From positions 1-53,138 of IMG/VR virus record IMGVR_UViG_3300032753_000038: a DNA stretch of 53,138 bases; one strand, given 5' to 3'. The notes under the pieces are model-generated. The model ran no database searches, was not told the origin of the DNA, and saw nothing but the letters and a program-made list of their open reading frames with translations. A program made the translations under genes and the position numbers. This DNA comes from a virus. Taxonomy: Duplodnaviria; Caudoviricetes. Positions 16,099 to 28,000 of this stretch are shown here, piece by piece (within the stretch, counting starts at the first letter, position 1; the number at the start of each line of letters is the position of its first letter).

Positions 16099-18228
16099 AT
16101 GGCAAGAGGATTTCATAGATCAACCTCTACTCCTAGAAGTTTTGAACAGATAGGTATGGGTAGAACAAGTCCTATACATGGTATATTTGTTGGATTTGTT
16201 AAAGATACTGATGACAAAGCTAGAATGGGAAGAATTAGAGTATGGATACCTGAATTAGGCGGAGAACCTACTGATCAAGATTCGTGGTATCAATGCAATT
16301 ATGCTAGTCCGTTTGCAGGAGCTAGTAGCTTAAAGAACAGTACACCAGGTGGTGATTGGACACAATCGCAGACTAGTTATGGATTTTGGTTCGTACCGCC
16401 AGACATAGATAATGAAGTTTTAGTTTGTTTTGCAAATGGCGATCCTGGTAGAGGCTACTGGTTTGCTTGCTTATATCAGTGGGGTATGAATCACATGGTG
16501 CCTGGTATACCAGGTAACAATACTACAGCAGCTACTCCGCCTGTTGTAGAATACAACAAGAAAAACAGTAATATAAATGTACAGAGTCCGGATAGACCTA
16601 TATTCACTCCTTTATATCAAGGATTGCAGAATCACGGAGTTGATAAAGACCCAATTAGGGGAACGTCTGATTCTGGAGCACGCCGAGATAATCCTATTAA
16701 CATGGTATATGGTATATTAACTCCCGGTCAAAATCAATTTGTAATGGAAGATAACCCTGCTAATCCATTTATAAGATTGAGAACTCGTACAGGTGCTCAG
16801 ATATTGATCAATGACGGCGATGGCAGCGTATACATGAACGGCGGCGGAGGTAAGAACTGGGTCAATATGAACAGTGGCGGTACAATGGAAATATTTGGTT
16901 ATCAAAATCTAAACATTAGAAGTGCTGGTACTATTAACATGCGAGCAGATTCTGATCTAAATCTTGAAGCAGGTAGGAATATCAACATGAAAGCTAGGAA
17001 TGATTCTAATACGATCATTCCTACAGGTAACAGTGTAAGCATGGGTAACGGAATACCTGTTACTGGATCAACTACCGGCGGCCTCATATTGATGTACGGA
17101 CAAGGCGACGTTAATATTTCTAGCGGCGCTGATATGTTTGTTAGAGCTGATAGAGATTTCCATAGGACTGCAAAGAGAGATTTATATGATCTATCTTATG
17201 GAAATGTTAATACTATCGGGCACGTTAATGTGTTTACTACATCTGGCGGTAACATATATGTTACGGCACCAAATAATGTATTGATAGCTGGCAGTGTAAT
17301 ACATCTTAACGGCCCACCGGTGCCTCCCGCAATACCAGCCGGTGATGCTACTGCTCCAACTGATAATATCATGAGAGATAATAATGTTGTTGCCGATGCC
17401 AATTTTAAATTTATAAACAGAAATACTATATTAAGTGTAATGCCATTCCATGAACCTTATGAATATCATTCATCGGCGCTTTTAGGGTTAACAGGACACG
17501 TTACTAGTAATTCTGACCCGGGTACAAATCCTTCGGCAGTAGATCCTAGTACAGGATTACCTCTACCTCTTGGCGCGTCAGCACCTAATCAAACATCGCC
17601 AACTAATTTAGTAGGAACCCCGTCTGCAGGAATGCAACCCGGAAATTATACAGGTCAAGGATATTCTGCAAATGGTACACCTCAATATCAATTTACAGGA
17701 TCTAACAGCAGCCTAGCATCGGCATCGTCGTTTACTATTAGTGGTAGTGCAATACAATGGTTGAAAAATTTTAGTGAAGGATTTGAAACTACACCGTATC
17801 CTGATGCAATTGAATTAAAGACTATAGGTGTTGGTCACCAGTTAAATAAAAATGAGTTGGCAGCAAATGCAGTTTTTATTGGAGGACAAAGCATACCATT
17901 GCCTGGCCCATTAACAAATGCACAAGTTGATCAGTTATTGCGTCAAGATTTAACTGTATTTGAAAAAACAGTGCAGCAAGCGGTTAAAGTACAAATAACT
18001 CAATCACAATATGATGCATTGGTTACTTTTGCATTTAGTTTAGGCCCGGCTGGATTTAGAAAAAGTTCGGTTTTAACAAATCTAAACGCCGGTAATTTTG
18101 ATGCGGCTGCTAATAGCCTTTTGCTGTATGTATATGCAGGTAATAAAAAACTTGACCACTTGGTTCACATACGCCATTCTCAATATAATGCGTTTAGAGG
18201 AACTACTTCTGGCTTGCAACCAGCGTAA
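16099..18228 (+). CDS. Baseplate central spike (gp5/VgrG-like) with a C-terminal GH24 lysozyme
   Basis: OB-fold motifs D...MGRIRVWIP and VPPDIDNEVLVCFANGD, followed by beta-helix-like repeats. Lysozyme triad E-x8-D-x5-T (EGFETTPYPDAIELKTIGVGH) and QYDALVTFAF. Confidence 0.9.
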   Translation: MARGFHRSTSTPRSFEQIGMGRTSPIHGIFVGFVKDTDDKARMGRIRVWIPELGGEPTDQDSWYQCNYASPFAGASSLKNSTPGGDWTQSQTSYGFWFVPPDIDNEVLVCFANGDPGRGYWFACLYQWGMNHMVPGIPGNNTTAATPPVVEYNKKNSNINVQSPDRPIFTPLYQGLQNHGVDKDPIRGTSDSGARRDNPINMVYGILTPGQNQFVMEDNPANPFIRLRTRTGAQILINDGDGSVYMNGGGGKNWVNMNSGGTMEIFGYQNLNIRSAGTINMRADSDLNLEAGRNINMKARNDSNTIIPTGNSVSMGNGIPVTGSTTGGLILMYGQGDVNISSGADMFVRADRDFHRTAKRDLYDLSYGNVNTIGHVNVFTTSGGNIYVTAPNNVLIAGSVIHLNGPPVPPAIPAGDATAPTDNIMRDNNVVADANFKFINRNTILSVMPFHEPYEYHSSALLGLTGHVTSNSDPGTNPSAVDPSTGLPLPLGASAPNQTSPTNLVGTPSAGMQPGNYTGQGYSANGTPQYQFTGSNSSLASASSFTISGSAIQWLKNFSEGFETTPYPDAIELKTIGVGHQLNKNELAANAVFIGGQSIPLPGPLTNAQVDQLLRQDLTVFEKTVQQAVKVQITQSQYDALVTFAFSLGPAGFRKSSVLTNLNAGNFDAAANSLLLYVYAGNKKLDHLVHIRHSQYNAFRGTTSGLQPA

Positions 18229-18237
18229 TTTATATTA

Positions 18238-18295
18238 TCTATGATAATATGCTGTGTTTATTAAACCATAAATAACACACGCATATTATCATAGA
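18238..18295 (+). promoter_or_regulatory. Long inverted repeat enclosing a late promoter (CATAAATA at 18267-18274)
   Basis: Perfect 15-bp arms at 18238-18252/18281-18295 plus an imperfect inner stem. Confidence 0.7.
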
Positions 18296-18304
18296 GCATA
18301 TAAC

Positions 18305-18694
18305 ATGGCATTTTTAAAGCAGAGTCGTTTATTTGTTGGGTACAGTACACTTGATACAACCAGTAAGAAACAGCAATTTGCTGATATTGCATTAATACAA
18401 AGAGATCTCATCAACAATTTTTATACTCGACCGGGCGAGAGGCTTATGATGCCTACTTATGGGTGTGGCATTTGGAATCTGTTGTTTGAACCATTTGATC
18501 CTGTTACTATTGATGCAATAGTGTATCAGGCACAACAAGTAATAAACAATGATAGCAGAGTACAGATGCAAAATATCAATGTACAACAGTTTGAGCAAGG
18601 ACTTTTGATACAGATGGAACTATTATATATACCATATAACGTGATAGATACTTTCTCATTGTCATTTGACAACAGATCTGCGCAGATGGTTTGA
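18305..18694 (+). CDS. Baseplate wedge subunit, gp25-like
   Basis: TRPGERLMMPTYGCGIWNLLFEP and DSRV motifs. Confidence 0.9.
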   Translation: MAFLKQSRLFVGYSTLDTTSKKQQFADIALIQRDLINNFYTRPGERLMMPTYGCGIWNLLFEPFDPVTIDAIVYQAQQVINNDSRVQMQNINVQQFEQGLLIQMELLYIPYNVIDTFSLSFDNRSAQMV

Positions 18695-18704
18695 AGGATT
18701 AAAA

Positions 18705-21700
18705 ATGGCTATTACACAACAACAGAGACAGAAACAAATCTTCGCAGCAGAAGATTGGCAGGTATTATATACTGCCTTCACTCAAGTGAACTTCAATGCG
18801 TATGACTTTAACAGTATACGACAAGCAATGGTCACTTATATCAGGTTAAATTATCCAGAAGACTTTAATGATTGGATAGAAAGCAGTGAATTTGTAGCTA
18901 TTATAGATTTAATTAGCTATCTTGGTACTAGCATAGCATTTAGAATGGATCTCAATACTCGTGAGAATTTTCTAGATACAGCTCAGCGCAGAGAAAGCAT
19001 CTTTAGATTAGCACAGATGTTAAACTATCAACCTCAACGATGCTTAACATCTTTGGGATTACTCAAGATAACTCAGATAGTAACTACTCAATCTGTATAC
19101 GACAGTAGCGGCAATAACCTAGCAAATGTGCCAATCAACTGGTATGATCAAAACAATCCAGACTGGTATGAACAATTCATAGTAGTTTTGAACGCTACTC
19201 TTTATGGCGGCAGTCAGTTTGGCAATCCAAGCGAAAGCGGAACAGTTGGAGGTATACAAACAGATTTGTATGCTATGAACAATACTGTAATACCTACTAG
19301 TGTGATACCATTTGGCGCTTCGGTTGGCGGTAATAGCATGCGATTTGAATTAATAAATCCAGATTTAATACCAGATGGAACAGTTGCATCTCAATTGGGA
19401 CAGACTGGCTACTTTATCGAAAGGCCGCCAAATCCTTTAAATAATTGGTATATCATATATAAGTCAGACGGCAATGGATATAGAAGTGCTAATACAGGAT
19501 TCTTTTTGACCTTTAAAGAAGGTAATATGAACAAAAGTGACTTCCAGCTTGATCTACCAATAGCAAACAGGGTAATTGATATAAATGCTAACAGCATAAA
19601 TCAAACTGACGTTTGGGTAGAATCTATAGATTCTACTGGGGCTGTACAAAACGTATGGACACAGGTTCCTAGTGTAAACGGATTTAATGTCATCTATAAC
19701 AGTGTAGATAACAACGTAAGAAATATTTTCAGCGTCATAACTAGAGATAATAATGGCCAAGACGCTGTATCTATTCGATTTGCTGACGGAAATTTTGGTA
19801 ACGTACCAGTTGGTTTGTTAAGAGTTTGGTATAGGACAAGCAACGGTTTACAGTATCAAATAAGACCTACTGACATAACAAATCGGTCGTTTACATTTTC
19901 TTATAATGATAGTCTTAATAATACCTATTCTGTAGCATTCAATACCTCACTACAATATACAGTAGCTAATAGTCAGGGACCTGAGACTAATGCACAAATA
20001 GCATTGAATGCTCCTGCTGTTTACTATACTCAAGATCGTATGGTAAATGGTGAAGACTATAATCTGTATCCATTACAAAGTAGTCAAGCTCTAAAAGTAA
20101 AGGCAGTTAACAGGACATATAGCGGACAAAGTAGATATTTAGATATCAACGACCCAACTGGAGCTTATCAAAATACAAATATTTTAGCAGATGATGGAAT
20201 GATCTATTCAGAACAGTTGCAGAATAGGCAAGTAGTTACGATAACAAATAGTCTTACATCTAACATGCTGGTTGCTAATTACATACAGCCAATGGTTAAT
20301 GGCACCGGCGGATTAACTAACACTGCAACAGAACTGAGAGATTTCTTTTATGCGTCTTATCCAAGACAAGCCTCTAACAACATTACATGGAATGCATATG
20401 GGTCTTCTGTTGCTAGTGCTACTGGTACTTTATATAGAGAGATTAATCCTGTTAGTTTGGGATCTTATGCACCATATGGGGATCCGTCTGCTTACATTAC
20501 ATCTGGTGCATTACTAAATTTTGCTAGTTCTGGATGGGTATCTGTTTCAAGTATAATTGGCGAAGGAGATAACCTTAGTGTATCTGGGTTGACATCTTTA
20601 GGTGCACCTTTAGTTTCCTTATCTGGTCCTGTGACTAATAATGATGTAATAATATCGATATTTCCAGCATTTAGAACTACTTTTACTACTTCTGAATTAG
20701 CTCTTATCGCTGGTGCAGCTAGTACAAACCAAACTTTTGGTATTAGGTACGATCCTTTAGCACAAGCTTGGTACATTATTACCAATGATAATCTTGATAG
20801 ATCAGGTGCGTTTAGTTTAAATTTTGCTGGAAATACTAGCAGCACTGGAATAGATGCAAGTTGGTTAGTTCAATGCATATATAATGGATCTAACTGGTTG
20901 ATATTAACTAGAGCTCAAAGGTATGTAGTTGAAAGCATACAAGAAGCTAGGTTCTTTTTTGCTAACACAACTAAGATAATCGACCCTACTACAAACAATG
21001 CTGTTTATGACAGCATAAACATATTGGGAATTAATTCTGTTCCTGGGGGTGCATCTGCTTTAGGTAAAAATTATCTATGGAAGATAAAGAATCAATACAT
21101 CTATCCAGACGGATATGCTGAACCAAACAGTGTGCAAGTAACGTTTTGGGATTCTATGCAACCAGGATTGCCAGACAATCCTGACCAATTTACAACTATA
21201 GTGAATCCACCCGGTACATCTGGTAGAATGATTTTTTGGCAAGTTGGATTAACAACAGATGGTTATAATTATTACTATCCTATAAATTTAGCATCGGCAC
21301 AGATATTTGTTAATACCAGTAATTTGCCTGCCGCAAGTTCTAGCTTCTGGCAGTCATATGGATTAGCATTTGTTCAAAGCAATAATAAATTTTACCAGTT
21401 AAGTGGTACTACTATTACAGATGTATCCTCTAATTACAAAGCTAGAATAGGCAGAAACAATTTAACATTTATGTGGAAACATTATGCACCATATGATCAA
21501 AGGATAGATCCTTCTATTACTAATATAATAGACATGTATATATTAACTTCAAATTATGATACAGCATTAAGAAATTGGATAATGATTGGCGGCAATTCAA
21601 GTACTGAACCAACTCCGCCTAATACAAATGAACTGAGCGCAACATTTAGTTATTTTGAACAGTTTAAAATGATGACTGATCAAATCATATGGCATCCAGT

Positions 21701-22085
21701 TAGTTATAAATTGCTTTTTGGTTCACAAGCAGATCCAAGTCTACAAGTAGTCTTTAAGGTAGTCAAAACCTACGGTAGCACTTATAGTGATAACGAAGTT
21801 AAAAGTTTGGTTAAGTCTCAGATAGATGCATATTTTGCATTATCTAATTGGGATTTTGGTCAAAGCTTTTACTTTACTGAATTAGCAACTTATATACATC
21901 TTAACCTAGCAACTATAGTAGCTAGCGTAGTAATAGTACCAAAAAATGCTCAAGCGGTTTTTGGAGATTTATTTGAAATAGATTGCGATCCTGATGAGAT
22001 ATTCATTAGTTGCGCAACTGTATCTGATATACAACTGGTTACTAGCTTGTCTGAAACACAATTGGGAATATCTTCAAATGGCTGA
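18705..22085 (+). CDS. Baseplate wedge subunit, gp6-like
   Basis: YDFNSIRQAM, ENFLDTAQRRESIFRLAQMLNY, IRFADGNFGNVP and QDRMVNGEDY motifs. ATG at 18705 follows an AAGGA SD. Confidence 0.85.
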   Translation: MAITQQQRQKQIFAAEDWQVLYTAFTQVNFNAYDFNSIRQAMVTYIRLNYPEDFNDWIESSEFVAIIDLISYLGTSIAFRMDLNTRENFLDTAQRRESIFRLAQMLNYQPQRCLTSLGLLKITQIVTTQSVYDSSGNNLANVPINWYDQNNPDWYEQFIVVLNATLYGGSQFGNPSESGTVGGIQTDLYAMNNTVIPTSVIPFGASVGGNSMRFELINPDLIPDGTVASQLGQTGYFIERPPNPLNNWYIIYKSDGNGYRSANTGFFLTFKEGNMNKSDFQLDLPIANRVIDINANSINQTDVWVESIDSTGAVQNVWTQVPSVNGFNVIYNSVDNNVRNIFSVITRDNNGQDAVSIRFADGNFGNVPVGLLRVWYRTSNGLQYQIRPTDITNRSFTFSYNDSLNNTYSVAFNTSLQYTVANSQGPETNAQIALNAPAVYYTQDRMVNGEDYNLYPLQSSQALKVKAVNRTYSGQSRYLDINDPTGAYQNTNILADDGMIYSEQLQNRQVVTITNSLTSNMLVANYIQPMVNGTGGLTNTATELRDFFYASYPRQASNNITWNAYGSSVASATGTLYREINPVSLGSYAPYGDPSAYITSGALLNFASSGWVSVSSIIGEGDNLSVSGLTSLGAPLVSLSGPVTNNDVIISIFPAFRTTFTTSELALIAGAASTNQTFGIRYDPLAQAWYIITNDNLDRSGAFSLNFAGNTSSTGIDASWLVQCIYNGSNWLILTRAQRYVVESIQEARFFFANTTKIIDPTTNNAVYDSINILGINSVPGGASALGKNYLWKIKNQYIYPDGYAEPNSVQVTFWDSMQPGLPDNPDQFTTIVNPPGTSGRMIFWQVGLTTDGYNYYYPINLASAQIFVNTSNLPAASSSFWQSYGLAFVQSNNKFYQLSGTTITDVSSNYKARIGRNNLTFMWKHYAPYDQRIDPSITNIIDMYILTSNYDTALRNWIMIGGNSSTEPTPPNTNELSATFSYFEQFKMMTDQIIWHPVSYKLLFGSQADPSLQVVFKVVKTYGSTYSDNEVKSLVKSQIDAYFALSNWDFGQSFYFTELATYIHLNLATIVASVVIVPKNAQAVFGDLFEIDCDPDEIFISCATVSDIQLVTSLSETQLGISSNG

Positions 22086-25000
22086 TACAAAAAGACGCGT
22101 CATAGACCTATTACCGGTCGTTAACCAAACTGAAACTCTAACCAAATTCTTTGCTGCTACTTTAGATAATTTAATGCAGCCAGAAAGTGTTGAGTTTATT
22201 ACAGCATATATCGGTAATAAACCAAGTTGGTATAATCCTTCTACTGATTTTTATGTTAACGAGCCTACAACAGATCGAGCAACATATCAATTGCCAGTCT
22301 CAGCAGTTAGCGTTAATACCTTAAGTGGTATGGTCAATAACATAATGTTCTATGACGACATATTGAACCAATTGTCATTCCAAGGAGCAAATACAAACAA
22401 CCATAGCAGGTTATTTGACCAAGAATACTACAGTTGGGCTCCCCCAATAGATATAGACAAATTAATAAACTATACCAAATATATCTGGTTGCCTGATGGA
22501 CCAGATACAATAACCTTGTTGAATCCAACTGATTATTCCAATGAAATATATAACAACACTCAATATACATATACAGGTGCATTTAGATATGATAGTACTG
22601 GATTAATAGTTAATGGAAGTTTGACATTTACAAACGGTTTAGCAATTATATTATCTGATGATGCAATCTCTTCAAACAATAATACTAAATGGTACATAGA
22701 AGGGGTAGGAACAGGTATATCATTTGTTTTAGATAGAACACTATCTAATCCGGGTTGGGATGTATATACATGGAATACTGCCAATTGGGACGGCGACGAC
22801 ACTGCAAATGATAAGATTTATTGTACAATAGCTAGGAATTCTATTGACAAGAATCAATGGAGTTTAGCTAATAGATGGTTTCATCAAGATATACTTTCTA
22901 TATCAAATACAGTCATAACTGATCAAAGCACATTAAGGGCAAATAGGCCAATAATAGAGTTTTCTAAAGATATCATGCTTTATGACTACGGGTGGTATGG
23001 CCGTTCATCAGTTTATATGGTAATTGATAATATTTCTGATGTATTTGGCACTATAGTTGGTCAATCTAGTTTCACTTATGATGGTATCAAATTAGTTGAT
23101 GGTATGAGGATATTGGTCCTCAATGATACTACCAACACTCCTGTTAACAACAGAGTTTATACAGTTGATGGTTTAACACAATATGGTAGTATACAACTTG
23201 TATTAGCCAAAGACGGTCAAAATGCAGACGGAAGTCCTGCAGTTGGCGATAGGTTAACTGTACAATATGGAAAATATGAAGGTAAAAACCTGTGGTTTAA
23301 TAATTTGAAAGTATGGAGATCTACTGGCCAACAATATCAATCACCTTTCGTACCTTTATTTGATGCATATGATGTTAACGGAAATAGTTTTAGCAATCCT
23401 GTTGTTTACCCAAATAGTAATTTTTCAGGTAATGCTGTATTTGGATATACAAACGATGTTAATAATAGTCCATATGATTCTGTATTGGATCTAAACCCTC
23501 AAAGAGATTCGTTTGGTTCTTTTGTTTTTACTAACTATCTTGCTACGGCTTCTATAACCTATATAGTCAATAACAAAACTATTGATTATAATGGTTATGT
23601 ATTTTACAACATAAAAAATAGTTTTGATAGCAGTAATTGGATATATGGTAATTCGTGGCACAAAGCTAAAGCTCCTAGTAGACAATATATAATTAATGAT
23701 TTTCTAAATATTGTTGTACCTAGCTCTACTACACCAATGGTTTTTAATATCGACCAATTGCCTGCAGAGTATGAAACAGGAACCCTACCTACAATACATG
23801 TATACCTAACACGGAATCAAACTGAGTCAGAGTTAATTAATAGTGTTGACTATTTTACAAGTGTAAACCAACTTACAGGACAGCCACAGGTTACAATAGC
23901 TGCGGGAACCTTAATTACAGGAGACAGAATAACCATAAGAACTTGGAATTCTACAACCCCATCTAATATTACAGGTTATTACGAACTACCTTTAAATTTA
24001 ACAGCAAATCCAAATAACAAAGAGATTGAAACTATTAGCCAGAGCCAACTGTTGCCTCATTTTCTTCAACTAATGAGCAACCAATACGGGTTCGCTGGTA
24101 ATACTATAAGCACAAACAATTATAGAGATACTGCTCAAGATTTAAGTCTAGGTGAGACTATATTGCAACATAGAGCTCCCTTGTTAAAGACTATGCTATT
24201 AAACAGCGGTAATGTTGCTACAGGGCCATTGTCAACAGTTAGCAACACTGATCCTATGATGGCTATGCAATATGCACAAAGAGAATATACGAGATTTTAC
24301 AGCAAATTTATAAGAGCGTTGCTGAATTTGAACAAGAACGGTTATACATTAGGTAATTCTACAAGCGATTGGATCAATAAAGTATTGTCCCAGATAAATG
24401 TAGGAAAGACACAATCTAATCCGTGGGCCAATAGCGGTTATGATACTGTGCAAGCAAGTTATACCTTCCAACAGGCTATAAATCCAACTTATATACCGCC
24501 AACTGCTACTAGGTTGGGTATGGCTCCAGCTTTTCAGCCAGGTGTTTATCTATCTGGAGAAAACATTGTTATTGAAACACATGACGGTAGCAGAATAATA
24601 ATGGAAGATGATCAAGGAAATCCTTTGGGAACTATATCTTCTGGTTACTCTTATACCGATGAGCCAAATTTACTTACTAACCCCGTAGCTAGAGTTTGGT
24701 TGCAATTTGAACTAAACTTGTTTAATGATATGCCAGATAGATATCAAAATGCAGAAGCAACATTGGCATTTGATGTTAGGACCATAACACCTGGTAAATG
24801 GAGAACTGGTGATTATACTCAATCAGAATACATCTCTATATTACAGCCGATGTTTGATAAATGGGTTATAAACAATCAAGTTGACTTTACTGCAAACACA
24901 ACTTTTGATTTAAATGATCAATTCTCATGGAATTATAGCAAACAATATGACAAGCAAGGGTTGCCTGTACCAGGCAATTGGCGAGGTATATACAATTGGT

Positions 25001-28000
25001 TTTATGATACCGATAGACCTCACACGCATCCTTGGGAGATGTTGGGATTTAGTCAGAAACCGTCTTGGTGGGATACCCAGTACGGATTAGCACCATATAC
25101 AAGTGGTAATACGGCTATGTGGAGCGATCTTAGAGATGGTATCATAAGGCAAGGCCCGAGAGCCGGAACGTATTCTGAATGGGCTAGGCCCGGATTATTA
25201 TCTTGTATACCAGTAGATAGTCAGGGTAACTTATTAGCTCCTCTATACTCGGGAACTGTGTCTTCTTTACCAAGTGTTATACAAGCTAGAGCAGAATGGG
25301 TGTTTGGCGACGGCAGTCCTATAGAATCAGTATGGAGGCATAGTCAAGATTTTAATTTTGTAATAGCTGAAATGTCGTACTTGATGAAACCGGCTAGATT
25401 TATAGAATATAATTGGGACACTTTAAGGACTCAGGAGATATTTACTGGTACTGCTGAAACTCAATGGATATACTTAGACACAAACAGCAGAAGATCTAGC
25501 AATCAATTTTATGTACAACGAGAGAACCCATCTACTATAGGACAGGGTATCAACATACCAAATGAAACTACTTTAACATATTACCAGAGTGGAGGGCTGC
25601 AACATTGGATAAGCGAATTCCTCATTAGTAATAGTGTTAATGTTACATCATATTTTGGTAACATAATTCGTGGCGGACAACCTAGGCTATCTCATAAGGT
25701 TGGGGCATTTATTAATAGCAATACCGATCTTCGTGTTACAAGTGACAGTTTTGGAACTATAGGATATAAATCTTCCTTAATTCCAAGTGAAAATATTAAT
25801 GTTTATTTGTATAGAAGTGCAAGCATTGGTTCAAATTTCTACGGCGGTGTGATAGTCAAACAGGTTAGCGGGGGTTGGCAGGTATTTGGATACGACGGTA
25901 TTTCTCAGAAGTTTACGGTAATACCAAGTAACTTAACCGGAGCTAAATCTACACTAACATTAGGAAATGTTGTTGTTACTCAATATAAGATTGGACAGAT
26001 ACAAAATGGTGTACCTGTTATCAATACAATACCGTATGGCACTACATTTACATCCCTACAACAAGTTTATGATTTCTTGATAAGTTACGGTCGATATCAA
26101 ACTAGCCAGGGATGGATATTTGATAATTTCAACAATGCAAACAATACTATGACTGATTGGACACAGTCGGCTAGCGACTTTGTGTATTGGAGTCAAACTA
26201 ACTGGGCAGATGGCAATTTTATAGCCCTAAGTCCTCTAGCAGACCAGGCAGAGTTTACTCAGGAATTTGGCAATATTGAATTTATAAATGGTATAGTGGG
26301 AGGTACTTATCCTGTAGTAGACAGAGCCGGCAATCCAATAGATTCTAATAATTTAGAAATACTTCGTTATGATAGCGACATTGTAGTTAGATCTTTAAAT
26401 GAACAGAGCATATATGGTTTAAGATTGTTTAGTACTACACTAGAACATGTAATGATATTTGACAATCAGACAAGCTTTGGTGATACGATATACGACGACT
26501 TGTACAACATAGCTCAGCAAAGATTAAAATTATATGCATACAAGACTAACGATTGGACCGGTAGATTAGATGCACCAGGTTATTTCCTATATCAAAATCC
26601 AGTTGACAATACATGGAGCATGATATCAAATTTTGAAAAAACAGCAAACGACTTCCGTAAATATTTTAATATCGATCAGCCTAAGAATGCAGATTCCATA
26701 GACGTCATATCAGGTAATGTGACTACTGTAACATCTCAGAACAGTGTGATTGATCGAAGCGATATTGCTGACCTAGCCAAACACATGTTTGGTTATCAGC
26801 AGAGGACATATTTAGAAGATCTCATATTTGAAGATAGCACAGAGTTTCAGTTTTATCAAGGATTTATAAAGCAGAAAGGTACAACTTCTGCATTGACTGC
26901 TATAACAAGAAATATAAACATAATACCAATTGAAGAAAGTTTTGAATATTATGAAGAATTTGCACTGAGGTTGGGAAGGTATGGATCATTCGCGCTTAAC
27001 ACCAATATAGATTTTGAACTTCCGCAACAGGAGTTTGAGACTGACCCTCAGCAGATAACAGTATTTGGCAGCTTGCATTCTAACAGAGAAGAAAATGGTG
27101 TTATAACTTTTATCCAAGGAGATGACAGATTTGTTGTACCGCCAGTTAGTTGGAATATGAACAGGTTCGCTCTTAGAAACTACTTAGGACCAAATTATGT
27201 TACAGATTTACCAAATTCTGGTTATATTGAATTAGGAGAATTAACTTGGACAGTAGGTAATATATCTGCATTAACAACGTTGTATTACAATAATGCCCTT
27301 GATATTACACAGCATGTAGGTAACTCTCAAGTAGCTGACGGAGATACAATATGGCAAACAACAGATCCTAACATAGGATGGACAGCTTGGGAATTTAATA
27401 AATCTCCTGCTAATATCCTATATACTTTACCTAGCGACGGCGCACCAACAACTACTATACAATGCGACAGCCCGCATGGGTTGTATGATGGCGATCTAGT
27501 GACGTTGGATAACATAGGTAATGTAGGTTTATTGAATACCGTCACTTATACAATAGGAAATGTTGATTCAACTGGAACAATGTTCACAGTTCCAGATGTT
27601 ACATATACACCAGGAACCGGCGGTGTAGTATATGCATATAGACCAATAAGATTTGCTACACCGGAATTAAGAGATTCTAATCCTCCGCTTGGTGGATGGA
27701 AACCTGGAGATTTAGCCTTCGTTGATCAAGGAGATGTTGGTGTAAACGGATGGACTGTTTACAGACGAAATTCTACCGGATGGAATGCTATTAGAACTGA
27801 AAATTATAAAGTTGATTCTAGTTTAATTTTGAGTGCTAAGTTATATAGCCAATCTAATTTTAATATATTAGCTACATTGAGTTACTATGATCCTGCTAAA
27901 GGTGTTATACCTGGATTAGCTGATGTAGGTTTAACTTATAAAGGTTCAGTAGATCCTGCCAAATATAACCAAGGTGATACTAGTGTCTATTCATTAAATC

